Shown piece after piece: positions 1-9,381 of a DNA stretch of 64,000 nt. A program made the translations under genes and the position numbers. The number at the start of each line of letters is the position of its first letter. The first letter of the stretch is position 1. Under the pieces are notes generated by a model. It was not told where the DNA came from. It did no database searches and was given only the letters and a program-made list of their open reading frames with translations. The stretch lies in NCBI GenBank assembly GCA_026413965.1, contig JAOAJY010000001.1, positions 57,642 to 121,641 of the forward strand. The letters are read 5' to 3'. This DNA is from Candidatus Micrarchaeota archaeon. Lineage in GTDB: Archaea; Micrarchaeota; Micrarchaeia; Anstonellales; Anstonellaceae.

Positions 1-1032
1 TTCTTTTGAGGCAAGCTTGATTTCCCTTGCGATTCTTCTGCCCATGCTCATGGGCTCTCCGTAAATGTAAGCGGTGTATGGCGAGCCTTGCGGGTATATG
101 TTTGTGCCTGCCACAATTCTTGCTGAGACTTCAAATGCGAAAAATTGCAGGTTCTCATCCACCACCGTCTCAAGGCAGAAAGGCCCAGGGATTCCCCCAA
201 AAAGCCGGTCCGCAGCCTCGACAATGCTCTTTCCCATCTCAAACACATCCTCCAAAAGAGACTCGCGGATGACCAGAAGCTCGTTTCCGACTACGGTGAA
301 TGAGGGGGAGAAGGTCAGCCCTGCCTTCTCAGTCCGGTAAGCCTCGTCTATGTTGGACTCGAATCTGCGGTCTATCCCTATAAGCTCAATTTTGCCCTCT
401 GATGCGCGGTAGCCGTCTTTTGAGAGGGGGGAGTAGAAGTAGTGGGGATAAACCCGGACGCCGATGAGATATTCTTGTATGGTCACGTTCATGCCTTCAA
501 AATGCTCATAGAACTCCTCGGGGGAATGGACCACTTTGTATCCTCTTCCGCCTTTTGCTCCAGCAAGCTTCACCACGCAAGGCCGGTCTATCTTGTCAGG
601 AGAAAGGGTTGCCGGCACTTGCAGCCCTGCGGCTTTCATCCACTCAAACATCTTTGCCCGGTCCTTTTCCCAAGCCAGGCTGTTGCGGTTGCCGAGCATG
701 GGCACCTCAAGCTCATAAATCCTGTCGCCTGAATACTCCACCAAAGAGCCATGGGGAACAAGAATGGCGTTCTTCTCCGCAAGCTCATCTGCAGGTATGT
801 CGCGCAAGTCATCCACCATCAGAAACTCGTCCGGCTTGCCGAGCGGAAACGCCTCGTATATCTTCCTTCTTTTTTCAGTGCAGATGCCTATGGTCTTTAT
901 ACCCTCAAGCCGCGCTCCGTGGAAAATCTGCAGGGCAGTGTGCGAGCATATGGTTGCTATGCGCAGATTCTTCTTGTCATAGCCTGCAAGAACCTCTTGT
1001 ATTTTCTCTTTTGTCACTTTCATATCGACCAT
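1..1032 (-). CDS. purP: PurP-family ATP-grasp ligase (FAICAR synthetase, DUF1246/DUF1297); runs off the left edge a few codons before its stop
   Basis: Not in the ORF track. Manual translation gives MVDMKVTKEKIQEVLAGYDKKNLRIATICSHTALQIFHGARLEG... and ends ...QGSPYTAYIYGEPMSMGRRIAREIKLASKE, both PurP hallmark motifs. Confidence 0.9.
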   Translation of the reverse strand, partial: MVDMKVTKEKIQEVLAGYDKKNLRIATICSHTALQIFHGARLEGIKTIGICTEKRRKIYEAFPLGKPDEFLMVDDLRDIPADELAEKNAILVPHGSLVEYSGDRIYELEVPMLGNRNSLAWEKDRAKMFEWMKAAGLQVPATLSPDKIDRPCVVKLAGAKGGRGYKVVHSPEEFYEHFEGMNVTIQEYLIGVRVYPHYFYSPLSKDGYRASEGKIELIGIDRRFESNIDEAYRTEKAGLTFSPSFTVVGNELLVIRESLLEDVFEMGKSIVEAADRLFGGIPGPFCLETVVDENLQFFAFEVSARIVAGTNIYPQGSPYTAYIYGEPMSMGRRIAREIKLASKE

Positions 1033-1033
1033 C

Positions 1034-2167
1034 TCAGGTGACTGCTTTCTCCAAGCAGTTCTCCTTTTGCGCAGTCTTCACTTCCAGGGCAATCCGCTCT
1101 CCGACGCTCATGCCCCTTCCGCGAAGATACTCTGTGTATGGGGTGTAGCGGACTCCGGGCGAGCCTGGCACCCTGAAAGAAACATCAAATATCACTGGCT
1201 TCTCCCCTTCATCAGAGGAAATTATCGCCCCCTGCAGCGCGAACGGACCAATTATGCCAGGCGGGTACTCTTTCCTGCAAGTCTCAGCGAACTTCTCCCC
1301 AATCTCAAATATGTCCTCAAGAAGGGACTCGCGGACTGTGCAGGCGACATGCCCGACTTCAATATTCTTCATGCGCGCCACTTTCAGCACCTCTGCCTGC
1401 TCAGGAGCGGTGAGGCGGAGCAGCCCGTCCAGATTGGTCTGCCTTCTGAAATCAGTCCCCAAAAGCTCAAGCTCCCCGCTTATTGGAGAAACAAAGTAGT
1501 TGAAATTGAACTGCGCCCCCACCACAAACTCTTCTATGAGGGCGCTTTCCAGCCCTTCCTTTGTGATAAGCCCGCGCGAAATCATTTCCTTGCTTTTGCG
1601 CTCATACTCATAGAAAGAGTGCGCTACAAAAAAGGCGCGCTCATATTTTCTTTTCGCCTCAGGGGACTTGATGATTGCCAGCCTGTCAATCTTGTCAGGA
1701 GAATCGAAAGTGATAGGCACGCGCAAGCCTGCTTTTTTGAGAAGCCAGTGCTGATTTTTTGGGGAATTCCTCTCCTCAGCGCGCAGAAGATAGCGGTTGC
1801 CAAAGATAGGGACATGGAAGGCTTTCTCAATCAAATCATAGCCCACATAAACCGAAAAGGAGCGGTGTGGGACGAATATTGCCTGCTTTTGGACCAGCTG
1901 GCTGACTGTTTTGCTTTCTGCTATGTCTTTGAACTTGTCAAGCAGGATTATTTCATCTATGCAGCCCACGCTCCCAAAAACCGTTTTCCTTTTGAGGTAT
2001 TTTTGGTAGGTCTTCTCCCTGCCTTTCTGGCACACCACCAATGACTTTATGCCAAAAGCTCTGGCTCCTGCGGATATGTCAAGCGCGGAATGCGAGCCTA
2101 GCACTGCCAAGCAGGGCTTTTTGTATGAAGAAACCGTCTTTTTGGGATCAAATGGGGCCATATCCAA
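1034..2167 (-). CDS. Second PurP-family paralogue (PurP-like ATP-grasp formyl ligase)
   Basis: Motifs LGSHSALDI, FVPHRSF, IFGNRYLLRAEER, IIGPFALQ and GMSVGERIALEVK; in tandem with purP. Confidence 0.85.
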   Translation of the reverse strand: MDMAPFDPKKTVSSYKKPCLAVLGSHSALDISAGARAFGIKSLVVCQKGREKTYQKYLKRKTVFGSVGCIDEIILLDKFKDIAESKTVSQLVQKQAIFVPHRSFSVYVGYDLIEKAFHVPIFGNRYLLRAEERNSPKNQHWLLKKAGLRVPITFDSPDKIDRLAIIKSPEAKRKYERAFFVAHSFYEYERKSKEMISRGLITKEGLESALIEEFVVGAQFNFNYFVSPISGELELLGTDFRRQTNLDGLLRLTAPEQAEVLKVARMKNIEVGHVACTVRESLLEDIFEIGEKFAETCRKEYPPGIIGPFALQGAIISSDEGEKPVIFDVSFRVPGSPGVRYTPYTEYLRGRGMSVGERIALEVKTAQKENCLEKAVT

Positions 2168-2262
2168 CTAATGGAAAATGGATTAAAAAAACTATCTAAA
2201 ATGAAATTTGGAGGCAGATTTAAATATACGTTGTTTGATAAAATACCACTAAAGGTGATAGG

Positions 2263-2907
2263 ATGCTTGGCAAAGCAAATGGAAATGGAAGCAAAAATCA
2301 GGCTAACCAGCAGGACGGCAAATGGCTTTTTGAGAAACAAATGCGGACTTTAGAAAAGCTGGAGCTGATGAGAGAGGTTGGCATCACAAGAAAGGAAACG
2401 CCTTATTTCACATGGGATGTTCCCCTCAGCGGCTATGCCTTCCCGCTGCACACCAATTTTGAGAAATTCGTCAGCATGCAAGCGGAATCCAAAGCTTCCC
2501 GAGGAATTCCGCTTTTTGTGTTTGACGCCGGCATTGGGAGCGGAAAGCAGTGGCTCCCGCTGATGAAAGGCATGGAAGGCAAGATTGAGCTTTATGGAAG
2601 CAACGTATTGGAGCAGCAGGTGGTGCCTGAGCTTGCTGGGCGTGTTGTTGTGTGCCAAGGCTCGTCAGTCCACCAGAAATTTCCGCAAAAATTTGACATT
2701 GCCGTATCAAGGCACCAGGCAGCATTTGAGGAGCTTGAAGCTATGCTGTCTTTGTCCAGAATATTGGTTCCTGGAGGCTACCTTTTCATGGTGGGGGATG
2801 CAAGAACCATGCCTGAGAGGGAGACAATAATGAAGCAGACCTCTGTGGCTTTGATGGCAGAAGACAGCTTTGAGGGCATCAAGGCATACTGGCTTTTGAA
2901 AAGATAG
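2263..2907 (+). CDS. Class I SAM-dependent methyltransferase-like protein
   Basis: VFDAGIGSG (motif I), KFDIAVS and RILVPGGYLF; start uncertain. Confidence 0.6.
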   Translation: MLGKANGNGSKNQANQQDGKWLFEKQMRTLEKLELMREVGITRKETPYFTWDVPLSGYAFPLHTNFEKFVSMQAESKASRGIPLFVFDAGIGSGKQWLPLMKGMEGKIELYGSNVLEQQVVPELAGRVVVCQGSSVHQKFPQKFDIAVSRHQAAFEELEAMLSLSRILVPGGYLFMVGDARTMPERETIMKQTSVALMAEDSFEGIKAYWLLKR

Positions 2908-3036
2908 ATGGCAAGGATGCTTTCCAAAAAACACTGGCACCAAGGTCTGCCATCCTTTTTAAATCCGCTTGGGGATGAATTTCTGCTAAATTTCACCTAA
3001 AGGGCAAAGCCCTGATGGATTTAGTGGAGTGAGAGG

Positions 3037-3255
3037 ATGGATGTGCCTGGCGGCGGTGAAATGCCAGATGGAGAGGCTTCCAAAGCCCAAAAGCCTGACT
3101 TTAGGGTGGTGCAGGCTGAATATGACGCCAAAACAGGAAAAACTGTTTATCGGGACATTGGAGCCATGTGGCGCAACACCAGCAAAGCAGGAAACGAATT
3201 TTACACCATGAAAATAGGAAAGCTCAAGCTGCTGGTTTTCAGGAACGAGAAGTGA
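3037..3255 (+). CDS. Small DUF736-like protein upstream of radA
   Basis: KPDFRV...[20 protein letters not shown] matches the remembered DUF736 pattern PDYRV...IGAAW...S..G..Y.S.KL. Confidence 0.55.
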   Translation: MDVPGGGEMPDGEASKAQKPDFRVVQAEYDAKTGKTVYRDIGAMWRNTSKAGNEFYTMKIGKLKLLVFRNEK

Positions 3256-3268
3256 GGCGGTGAGCAAT

Positions 3269-4240
3269 ATGGCAAAAAAAGAGGACGCTGAGGAGAGGAA
3301 AAAAACTGCCATAAGGGACCTTGAGGACCTGCCTGGCATAGGAGAGGTTTCTGCCGAGAAGCTTCGCAAAGCAGGATATGACATTGAAAAGATAGCTGCC
3401 AGCAGCCCGCATGAGATAGATGAGATAGCCGAGATTGGCGTGGAGGCTGCAAAAAAAGCCATCGCTGCTGCCAGGGATTCGCTTGAGATGGGGTATGAAA
3501 CCGCAGACAAGATACTGGAAAGGCGCAAGGCGATAGGAAGGATAACCACAGGCTCAAAGGAATTGGATGCCCTTTTGGGAGGAGGGGTGGAGACCATGGC
3601 GATAACAGAATGCTATGGGAAATTCTCCTCAGGAAAATCGCAGGTTGGATTCCAGCTTTCTGTGAATGTCCAAAAGCCTGTGGAGCAAGGAGGCCTTGGA
3701 GGCAGCGTTCTTTTCATAGACACCGAATCTACATTCAGGCCCGAGAGGATAAAGCAGCTTGCGGAAAACGCACAGATGGACCCAGAAACTGTCCTGAAAA
3801 ACATCTATGTCTCCAGGGCAATCAACTCTGACCACCAGATGGTCCTGGTGGACAAAGCAGAGGAGCTGGTGAGGGAGAAGAACATACGCTTGATTGTTGT
3901 GGATTCCATGACTGCGCACTTCAGGGCGGATTATATAGGAAGGGGAGCTCTGGGGGACCGGCAGCAGAAGCTCAACAAGCACGTGCACACCCTCCAAAGG
4001 CTGGCAGACAAGTTCAACCTCGCTGTATATATCACCAACCAGGTGATGGACAACCCAGGCATACTTTTTGGGGACCCGACCACTCCAATAGGAGGGCATG
4101 TGCTTGCCCATGCGGCAACATACAGGATATACCTGAGGAAGGGCAAGGATGAGAAAAGGATAGCCCGTCTTGTAGACTCGCCAAATATGCCGGAAGGAGA
4201 ATGTGTCTTCAGGGTAACATCCAAGGGCATAACCGACTGA
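3269..4240 (+). CDS. radA: DNA repair and recombination protein RadA
   Basis: N-terminal HhH (LEDLPGIG), Walker [20 protein letters not shown], and [17 protein letters not shown]. Confidence 0.97.
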   Translation: MAKKEDAEERKKTAIRDLEDLPGIGEVSAEKLRKAGYDIEKIAASSPHEIDEIAEIGVEAAKKAIAAARDSLEMGYETADKILERRKAIGRITTGSKELDALLGGGVETMAITECYGKFSSGKSQVGFQLSVNVQKPVEQGGLGGSVLFIDTESTFRPERIKQLAENAQMDPETVLKNIYVSRAINSDHQMVLVDKAEELVREKNIRLIVVDSMTAHFRADYIGRGALGDRQQKLNKHVHTLQRLADKFNLAVYITNQVMDNPGILFGDPTTPIGGHVLAHAATYRIYLRKGKDEKRIARLVDSPNMPEGECVFRVTSKGITD

Positions 4241-5182
4241 TTAAGCCAAGCCTTTTTTCATGGAGGCAAGCTCCTCCTCTGCCTCCTTTTTCATTTTGAG
4301 AAGCACAGCCCTGCCTTTCTCATCAATCTTCAGGTTCGCAAGCTCATCCTCCACATACCCCAAGAATTCCTCCAGATGGGCTTTGGGGTTTTTGCACCTA
4401 GTTCCCCAGTCAAACACTGCGCAGCGCATGTTCTTTGAAAGATAGTTGCCATACCTTTGGACCGCCTCCCGCCGGCTTTCCTCAGGCATGATGGAGTCAG
4501 GCATCAGGAAGCGAAGGTCAGTGCCGTCAGGCATAAGGTGGAAAAGCATCTCGCAGGCATAAAATGAGACTGCGCAGGATGGATGCTGAGGGCAAATGTG
4601 GCTTTTTGCAAGCTTAGCAAGCCTTCTTGCTCCTTCTGATGAGCCTGCAAGAGACATGACTGAAATGCTCTTTATGCTTTTGCCTGCCTGCTCAGCAGCA
4701 TCCAAAAGAAGCTGTATGCCTTTCACCAAAGTGGCCCCTGTGGCGACAGTGTCTCCTATCACAACATTTGCCCCATCTGGCAAAGACTCAAAATTCTCAT
4801 ACCCTGCGATTGCTCGGAACTGCCCTTTTTTGCCCTCCACTCTCTGCCGCTGTATCCCTATGAAGCACTGCTGCAAGGCAAACCCGAAGTTTTCCTTGAA
4901 CCCTTGGTTGAGGGCGTAATAAAGGCCTCCTGAAAGGAAAACCAGCTCGCATATGGTTTCCCGCCTGGCTTCTGAAAGCTCCCTTTTTGAAAGCAGCATT
5001 GAGAAAATTTTGGCATTCTCTTCCATCGCATCTTGCAGCCTCTTCCCCACAATGTTTGGCGAGTAGAGCACAAAGCGGGCAGGCTGGCTGCAGATTATAT
5101 AGGTCCTCTCAAGCATGCCGCTCTCCTTGACTTGGTAAAGGGAATAGCTTTCGGACTTCTCCACCAAATCAACTTGCGCCAT
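4241..5182 (-). CDS. Phosphoribosyltransferase-fold protein (UPRT-like), substrate unknown
   Basis: PRPP-binding-like motif VVIGDTVATGATL. Start set at MAQVDLV (5182) because the longer ORF overlaps mvaD. Confidence 0.6.
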   Translation of the reverse strand: MAQVDLVEKSESYSLYQVKESGMLERTYIICSQPARFVLYSPNIVGKRLQDAMEENAKIFSMLLSKRELSEARRETICELVFLSGGLYYALNQGFKENFGFALQQCFIGIQRQRVEGKKGQFRAIAGYENFESLPDGANVVIGDTVATGATLVKGIQLLLDAAEQAGKSIKSISVMSLAGSSEGARRLAKLAKSHICPQHPSCAVSFYACEMLFHLMPDGTDLRFLMPDSIMPEESRREAVQRYGNYLSKNMRCAVFDWGTRCKNPKAHLEEFLGYVEDELANLKIDEKGRAVLLKMKKEAEEELASMKKGLA

Positions 5183-5243
5183 GTTTCCACCAAAGCCTAC
5201 TTGCGGAGCAACCCTAATAAAGCTGATATCCGAAATGGGCGGC

Positions 5244-6254
5244 ATGGAGCCTTCAACCTGGGTTGTTGCGCCCAATATCGCAGTTATAAAGTACTGGGGA
5301 AAAAGAGACAGCCGCCTGAATCTGCCTTACAACGGAAGCGTCTCTTTGACCATGGATGAAACCTTGTCCACGAAAACCTCTGTGAAATTTGACCAGACGT
5401 ACAAATTCGACCGGCTGATCCTCAACGGAAATGACGCAAGCGAAAAGGAAACAGCGCGCGCATCCAGAGTGCTTGATGCCATAAGGAAAAAGGCAGGGAT
5501 TGGGCACAAAGCGCTTGTGGTATCTGAAAACAATTTCCCGACTGCGGCCGGAATTGCTTCCTCTTCTTCAGGCTTCGCCGCCATCGCTCTTGCTGCCTCA
5601 GAGGCAGCGGGGCTGAATTTGGGCATCAAGGAAATTTCTGCGATTGCAAGATTGGGCTCAGGCTCAGCTTGCCGCTCGGTGATTGGGGGGTTTGTGGAGT
5701 GGAAGATGGGGAAGAAAAAAGATGGAAGCGACTCTTATGCTGTCCAGATAGCGCCGCCTTCCCACTGGCCATCCATCAGGAATGTGATTGCCATAACAGA
5801 TGAAAAAAGGAAGAAAACCGGCTCAAATGAAGGGATGGAGCTGACTGTGAAAACCAGCATTCTTTATCCTGAAAGGGTGAGGACAAGGCCCAGGATGATT
5901 TCTTTGATGAAAAAGGCAATACTTGAGAGAAACTTGCAGGCTTTCCTTGAGCTCACCATGAAAGAATCCTCCAACCTCCATGCTGTGATGCTTGACTCCT
6001 ATCCGCCAATAATTTACCTTAATGACACTTCAAGGGAGATAATGGAGGCTGTGCATGAGTACAACCGAAAGAAAGGCACAGTCTGCGCAGGCTACACCTT
6101 TGACGCAGGCCCAAACGCCCATGTCTTCACCGATGAGAAATATGCCGCAGAGGTGAAGCAGATGCTTGAGGGCATAAAAGGCGTGCAAAGGACAATTGTG
6201 TGCAAAGTTGGAGAAGGGCCAAGAAGGCTTTCTGCGATAGAATCATTGATCTGA
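5244..6254 (+). CDS. mvaD: Diphosphomevalonate (or phosphomevalonate) decarboxylase
   Basis: PNIAVIKYWGK, NNFPTAAGIASSSSGFAA, ARLGSGSACRS and YTFDAGPNAH. Confidence 0.92.
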   Translation: MEPSTWVVAPNIAVIKYWGKRDSRLNLPYNGSVSLTMDETLSTKTSVKFDQTYKFDRLILNGNDASEKETARASRVLDAIRKKAGIGHKALVVSENNFPTAAGIASSSSGFAAIALAASEAAGLNLGIKEISAIARLGSGSACRSVIGGFVEWKMGKKKDGSDSYAVQIAPPSHWPSIRNVIAITDEKRKKTGSNEGMELTVKTSILYPERVRTRPRMISLMKKAILERNLQAFLELTMKESSNLHAVMLDSYPPIIYLNDTSREIMEAVHEYNRKKGTVCAGYTFDAGPNAHVFTDEKYAAEVKQMLEGIKGVQRTIVCKVGEGPRRLSAIESLI

Positions 6255-6536
6255 AGCTTGCTTGCGCTTCTTGACATCCCAAATGTATTTGCCCATTTTG
6301 ACCGGAGTCACGGTTATCTCAAACCCGAGCCTATGCTCTTTGAGGAATTGCGCAAGCTTTTGGTTTATGTCCTCTGCAACAGGGTCGTTGTTCATCCAGG
6401 TGGTGGATTTGCCCACATTTATGCAGTCTGCCACAAGCCCGGCATCCAAATCAGAAACTCCATATGAGACAAGCCTGTCATATACCTGCTTTGGCGTGAG
6501 CCTTGCAGGCTCAGCCTGCTCAGATGCACTCTCCAT
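6243..6536 (-). CDS. Hypothetical protein, 97 aa
   Basis: Fills the gap between mvaD and the Nudix gene, with GGAG upstream of the ATG; no family recognised. Confidence 0.6.
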   Translation of the reverse strand: MESASEQAEPARLTPKQVYDRLVSYGVSDLDAGLVADCINVGKSTTWMNNDPVAEDINQKLAQFLKEHRLGFEITVTPVKMGKYIWDVKKRKQASDQ

Positions 6537-6626
6537 GTGAACTCCTCCAGGTTGGGCAGAAAGCCCTCGGTCGCCTGATTGAGATTGGCGAAAAAGATTT
6601 TAGAAGCTTTGCTGGGCAGAAATTTC

Positions 6627-7061
6627 ATGCAGAAAGAAAAGGCAGCGAAGGAAAAGTCCTGCGGCGCGGTTGTTTTCAGAGAGGAGAAAGGCAGAAGGCT
6701 GTATCTGATTTTGCACTATGAAGAGGGGCATTGGGACTTCCCTAAGGGGCATGTGGAGAAAGGCGAAAGCGAGGAAGAGACTGCGAAACGGGAGATATTT
6801 GAGGAAACCGGGATTTCGCAACTTGAATTTTTGCCCAATTACAGGGATTCCATTGCCTATTCTTTCGCAAGGGACGGAAAGCGCATCTCAAAAGAAGTGG
6901 TTTTTTTTGCAGCAAAGACACCGCAAACCCAAGTGGCCCTCTCAAGCGAGCATCTGGGATTTGCTTGGCTGGAATATGAGGAAGCAAAAAGGAGGCTGAC
7001 TTACAAAAACGCAAAGCAAGTCCTTGAAAAGGCAGAAGCGCTTTTAGCCTCGCTTTCTTGA
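6627..7061 (+). CDS. Nudix hydrolase, asymmetrical Ap4A hydrolase-like
   Basis: KSCGAVVF, HWDFPKGHVEKGESEEETAKREIFEETG (Nudix box) and LSSEH. Confidence 0.88.
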   Translation: MQKEKAAKEKSCGAVVFREEKGRRLYLILHYEEGHWDFPKGHVEKGESEEETAKREIFEETGISQLEFLPNYRDSIAYSFARDGKRISKEVVFFAAKTPQTQVALSSEHLGFAWLEYEEAKRRLTYKNAKQVLEKAEALLASLS

Positions 7062-8687
7062 TGGCTGCCTCTTGCCCGCCACAATCAGCCTTGAGATTGC
7101 CTTTTTGAGAAGAGAGGAGCGGAAATTTTTTACCACCAAGGCGGCTTTGCCTTGTATTTCTTTCCTGGGAAGTGTGGTCGCAAGCGCTATGCACGGCATT
7201 CCAGCGGAGGCTGCAGCCTGGAATCCTGCCAAAGAATCCTCAAACACTATGCACTCTGAGGGCGAGACGCCAAGCTTCTCTGCGGCAAGAAGAAAGGCTT
7301 CAGGCGAGGGCTTGCGGTTTTTGACATCCTCAAGCCCGACGAATGGGATTTTTGGCAGCCCCAAAGACATCATGGAGGCTAAAATGTGCGGCTTGTGCCC
7401 GCCTGATGCTATTGCGGCAGAAATCCCGTTCTTCTGGAGGTAGCGGAAAAATTGCATGAAGCCAGGGACTTCTTTGAGGCCTTTTTTCTCTATATAATCA
7501 TGGTAAATCTCGGCGCGCTTTTTGAGGACATCTGAGATGTCTTCGCTTATGCCGTGCCTCCTGAAGACGTCTTTGAGTATGGCAACCGAGCCTACCCCGG
7601 TGTAGTTGCGCCTCCAGAAATCCTTGGATATCTTGACGCCGAATTTCAAAAGCGCCTTGTTGAATGTGCGAAGATGGGCTTGCTCGCTATCCACCACTAC
7701 CCCATCCAAGTCAAATATGGCGGCTTTGAGCTTGGAGATTGAGTTGAGAGGGACGGGCTTGAGCTGATTGCCTTGGACAAGCTGGTGCTGGGCTTGCCTT
7801 TTTCTTGAGCCTTTCCCGTTTTGGTCTGCCTTATGCTTGGCTGAGGCTGGCTTTTGGCTTTTCCATGAGGCAAAGGCAGGCTCAGGCAAAGGCTCGCTGA
7901 TATCAAAATAAGGCAAACGATGAGGCAGAGCAGGCTCCTGTGCCCCAAAATCCTGGCCAGCCAAATCCGAAAAAGGCTGCTCTTCGTAAAGCAGCCCGCT
8001 TCGGCTTCCTTGCGGAAAGCTTCCTATGGCTGCGCTTTTGATTTCGTATTCTGCGCTTATGCCTGCCCCTGCTTTCCCCAAAGAATCCTGCCGCCTTTTG
8101 CCTATCAGGAAAAATTCGTGGAAGATTGGCAGAGGCGAAGGCTCGGGCGGAAGCTTTGCTGGAATCCTATCCTCCTCATCTTGGACATAAAGGCAGGAGC
8201 CTTTGCCATCAAGGCTGTAAAGCTTAACCGCCTTATAAACCCGGGTTATTTCGCCTTTGAAGGAATTCTCCAGGTCCAAAGCCACATCATTTACCCAAAC
8301 TCTTATTTTCGCCCCATCCAGCATTTTTGAAAGGGCGGTGTTGCGCATGTCCAAAAAGAGCCTTTCTTTCCCAAAAAAGCTTTCCTTATAGGGAATGCCT
8401 TTTGAGCCGTCGGCAAGCTCGATGGAGAACTCGTATTGGTAAATCCTTCCAAGCTCATCTGCAAGCCGCCATCCTTGCCTTGTTTTGACTATTTGGTAGC
8501 TTGAATTGGACACAAACGCCTCAAGCAGAGTGCCTTTGTATCTTCTCTCCATTCCTCCAGGCAGCGCCCCTTCCTCAAGAAGCCTGGCTCTCCCAAAGGG
8601 GCTCAATTTGAACCTGACCGTCCTTTCCCTCAGCTTGCCATCCATTGTTTTTTCTTGGATTTCCAGCTTGAAGACATTTTGCGCCAT
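7044..8687 (-). CDS. Fusion of an unknown N-terminal domain, a linker and a C-terminal HAD phosphatase (beta-PGM-like)
   Basis: AAIFDLDGVVVDS, KPSPEAF and IVFEDSLAG lie in the last ~230 aa; the first ~300 aa are unrecognised. Confidence 0.75.
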   Translation of the reverse strand: MAQNVFKLEIQEKTMDGKLRERTVRFKLSPFGRARLLEEGALPGGMERRYKGTLLEAFVSNSSYQIVKTRQGWRLADELGRIYQYEFSIELADGSKGIPYKESFFGKERLFLDMRNTALSKMLDGAKIRVWVNDVALDLENSFKGEITRVYKAVKLYSLDGKGSCLYVQDEEDRIPAKLPPEPSPLPIFHEFFLIGKRRQDSLGKAGAGISAEYEIKSAAIGSFPQGSRSGLLYEEQPFSDLAGQDFGAQEPALPHRLPYFDISEPLPEPAFASWKSQKPASAKHKADQNGKGSRKRQAQHQLVQGNQLKPVPLNSISKLKAAIFDLDGVVVDSEQAHLRTFNKALLKFGVKISKDFWRRNYTGVGSVAILKDVFRRHGISEDISDVLKKRAEIYHDYIEKKGLKEVPGFMQFFRYLQKNGISAAIASGGHKPHILASMMSLGLPKIPFVGLEDVKNRKPSPEAFLLAAEKLGVSPSECIVFEDSLAGFQAAASAGMPCIALATTLPRKEIQGKAALVVKNFRSSLLKKAISRLIVAGKRQPSRKRG

Positions 8688-8754
8688 CGCACCCCCACAA
8701 AGGCTTAAGATGAATTAAGAAGGTTTAAATTTGAAGCGGAATGCCAAATGAAAA

Positions 8755-9330
8755 TCAGTAATCTATCCCTGCGCGCGAAATCACGCCTTTGTCAAAAGGA
8801 TGCTTGCCTTTGTTCACATAAGTCAAGTAGTCGGATGCTTCCTCAATTGCTTTGGTGGCGCCGCGCCCAGTCAGCACGATTTCGCATGAGGGAGATTTGC
8901 TTTTGAGCAGATTGAGGACTTCTTCCTCTGAAACCAGCTTCTCCTTCATAGCCCAAAAAATCTCATCCAGCACAACAAGGTGGTATTGCCCTGACCAGCA
9001 AAGCTCTTGCGCCTTCCTGAAAGCTTCCCTTGCCAGCCTCCTGTCTTCATCATTGACCACAAAGCAGTCCTTGCAAAAAAACACGTAGCCATTTTTTGCC
9101 ATAAAATCCGCATGCTCAGGATTCTTCGGGCAATGCTTTGTCCCTGAGATGACCTCAATCCCAAGCTTCCGCATGGCAGAAACTTCGCCTGAAAGCCCGC
9201 CTTTGAGGAACTGCACGAAGGCCACCTTAAGCCCGTGCCCGCATGCGCGGACAGCCACGCCTACCGCAGATGTGGTCTTGCCATTTCCGTCTCCGGTGAG
9301 GACATGCACCAGCCCTTGCTTTCTTGGCAT
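8755..9330 (-). CDS. cobO: Cob(I)yrinic acid a,c-diamide adenosyltransferase (CobO/BtuR family)
   Basis: HVLTGDGNGKTTSAVG, VQFLKG, LVVLDEI, EIVLTGR and KHPFDKG..SRAGIDY. Confidence 0.9.
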   Translation of the reverse strand: MPRKQGLVHVLTGDGNGKTTSAVGVAVRACGHGLKVAFVQFLKGGLSGEVSAMRKLGIEVISGTKHCPKNPEHADFMAKNGYVFFCKDCFVVNDEDRRLAREAFRKAQELCWSGQYHLVVLDEIFWAMKEKLVSEEEVLNLLKSKSPSCEIVLTGRGATKAIEEASDYLTYVNKGKHPFDKGVISRAGIDY

Positions 9331-9381
9331 GGCAATGATTTGGAGCAAGCATTATTTACTACTTTCTACTAAACCGTTCGC

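Noticed and set aside
1067..2044. Long antisense ORFs (for example 1067..2044, 19841..20608, 32678..33592, 37010..37759, 57181..58134)
   Set aside because: They are shadows of well-supported genes on the opposite strand and show no recognisable motifs.
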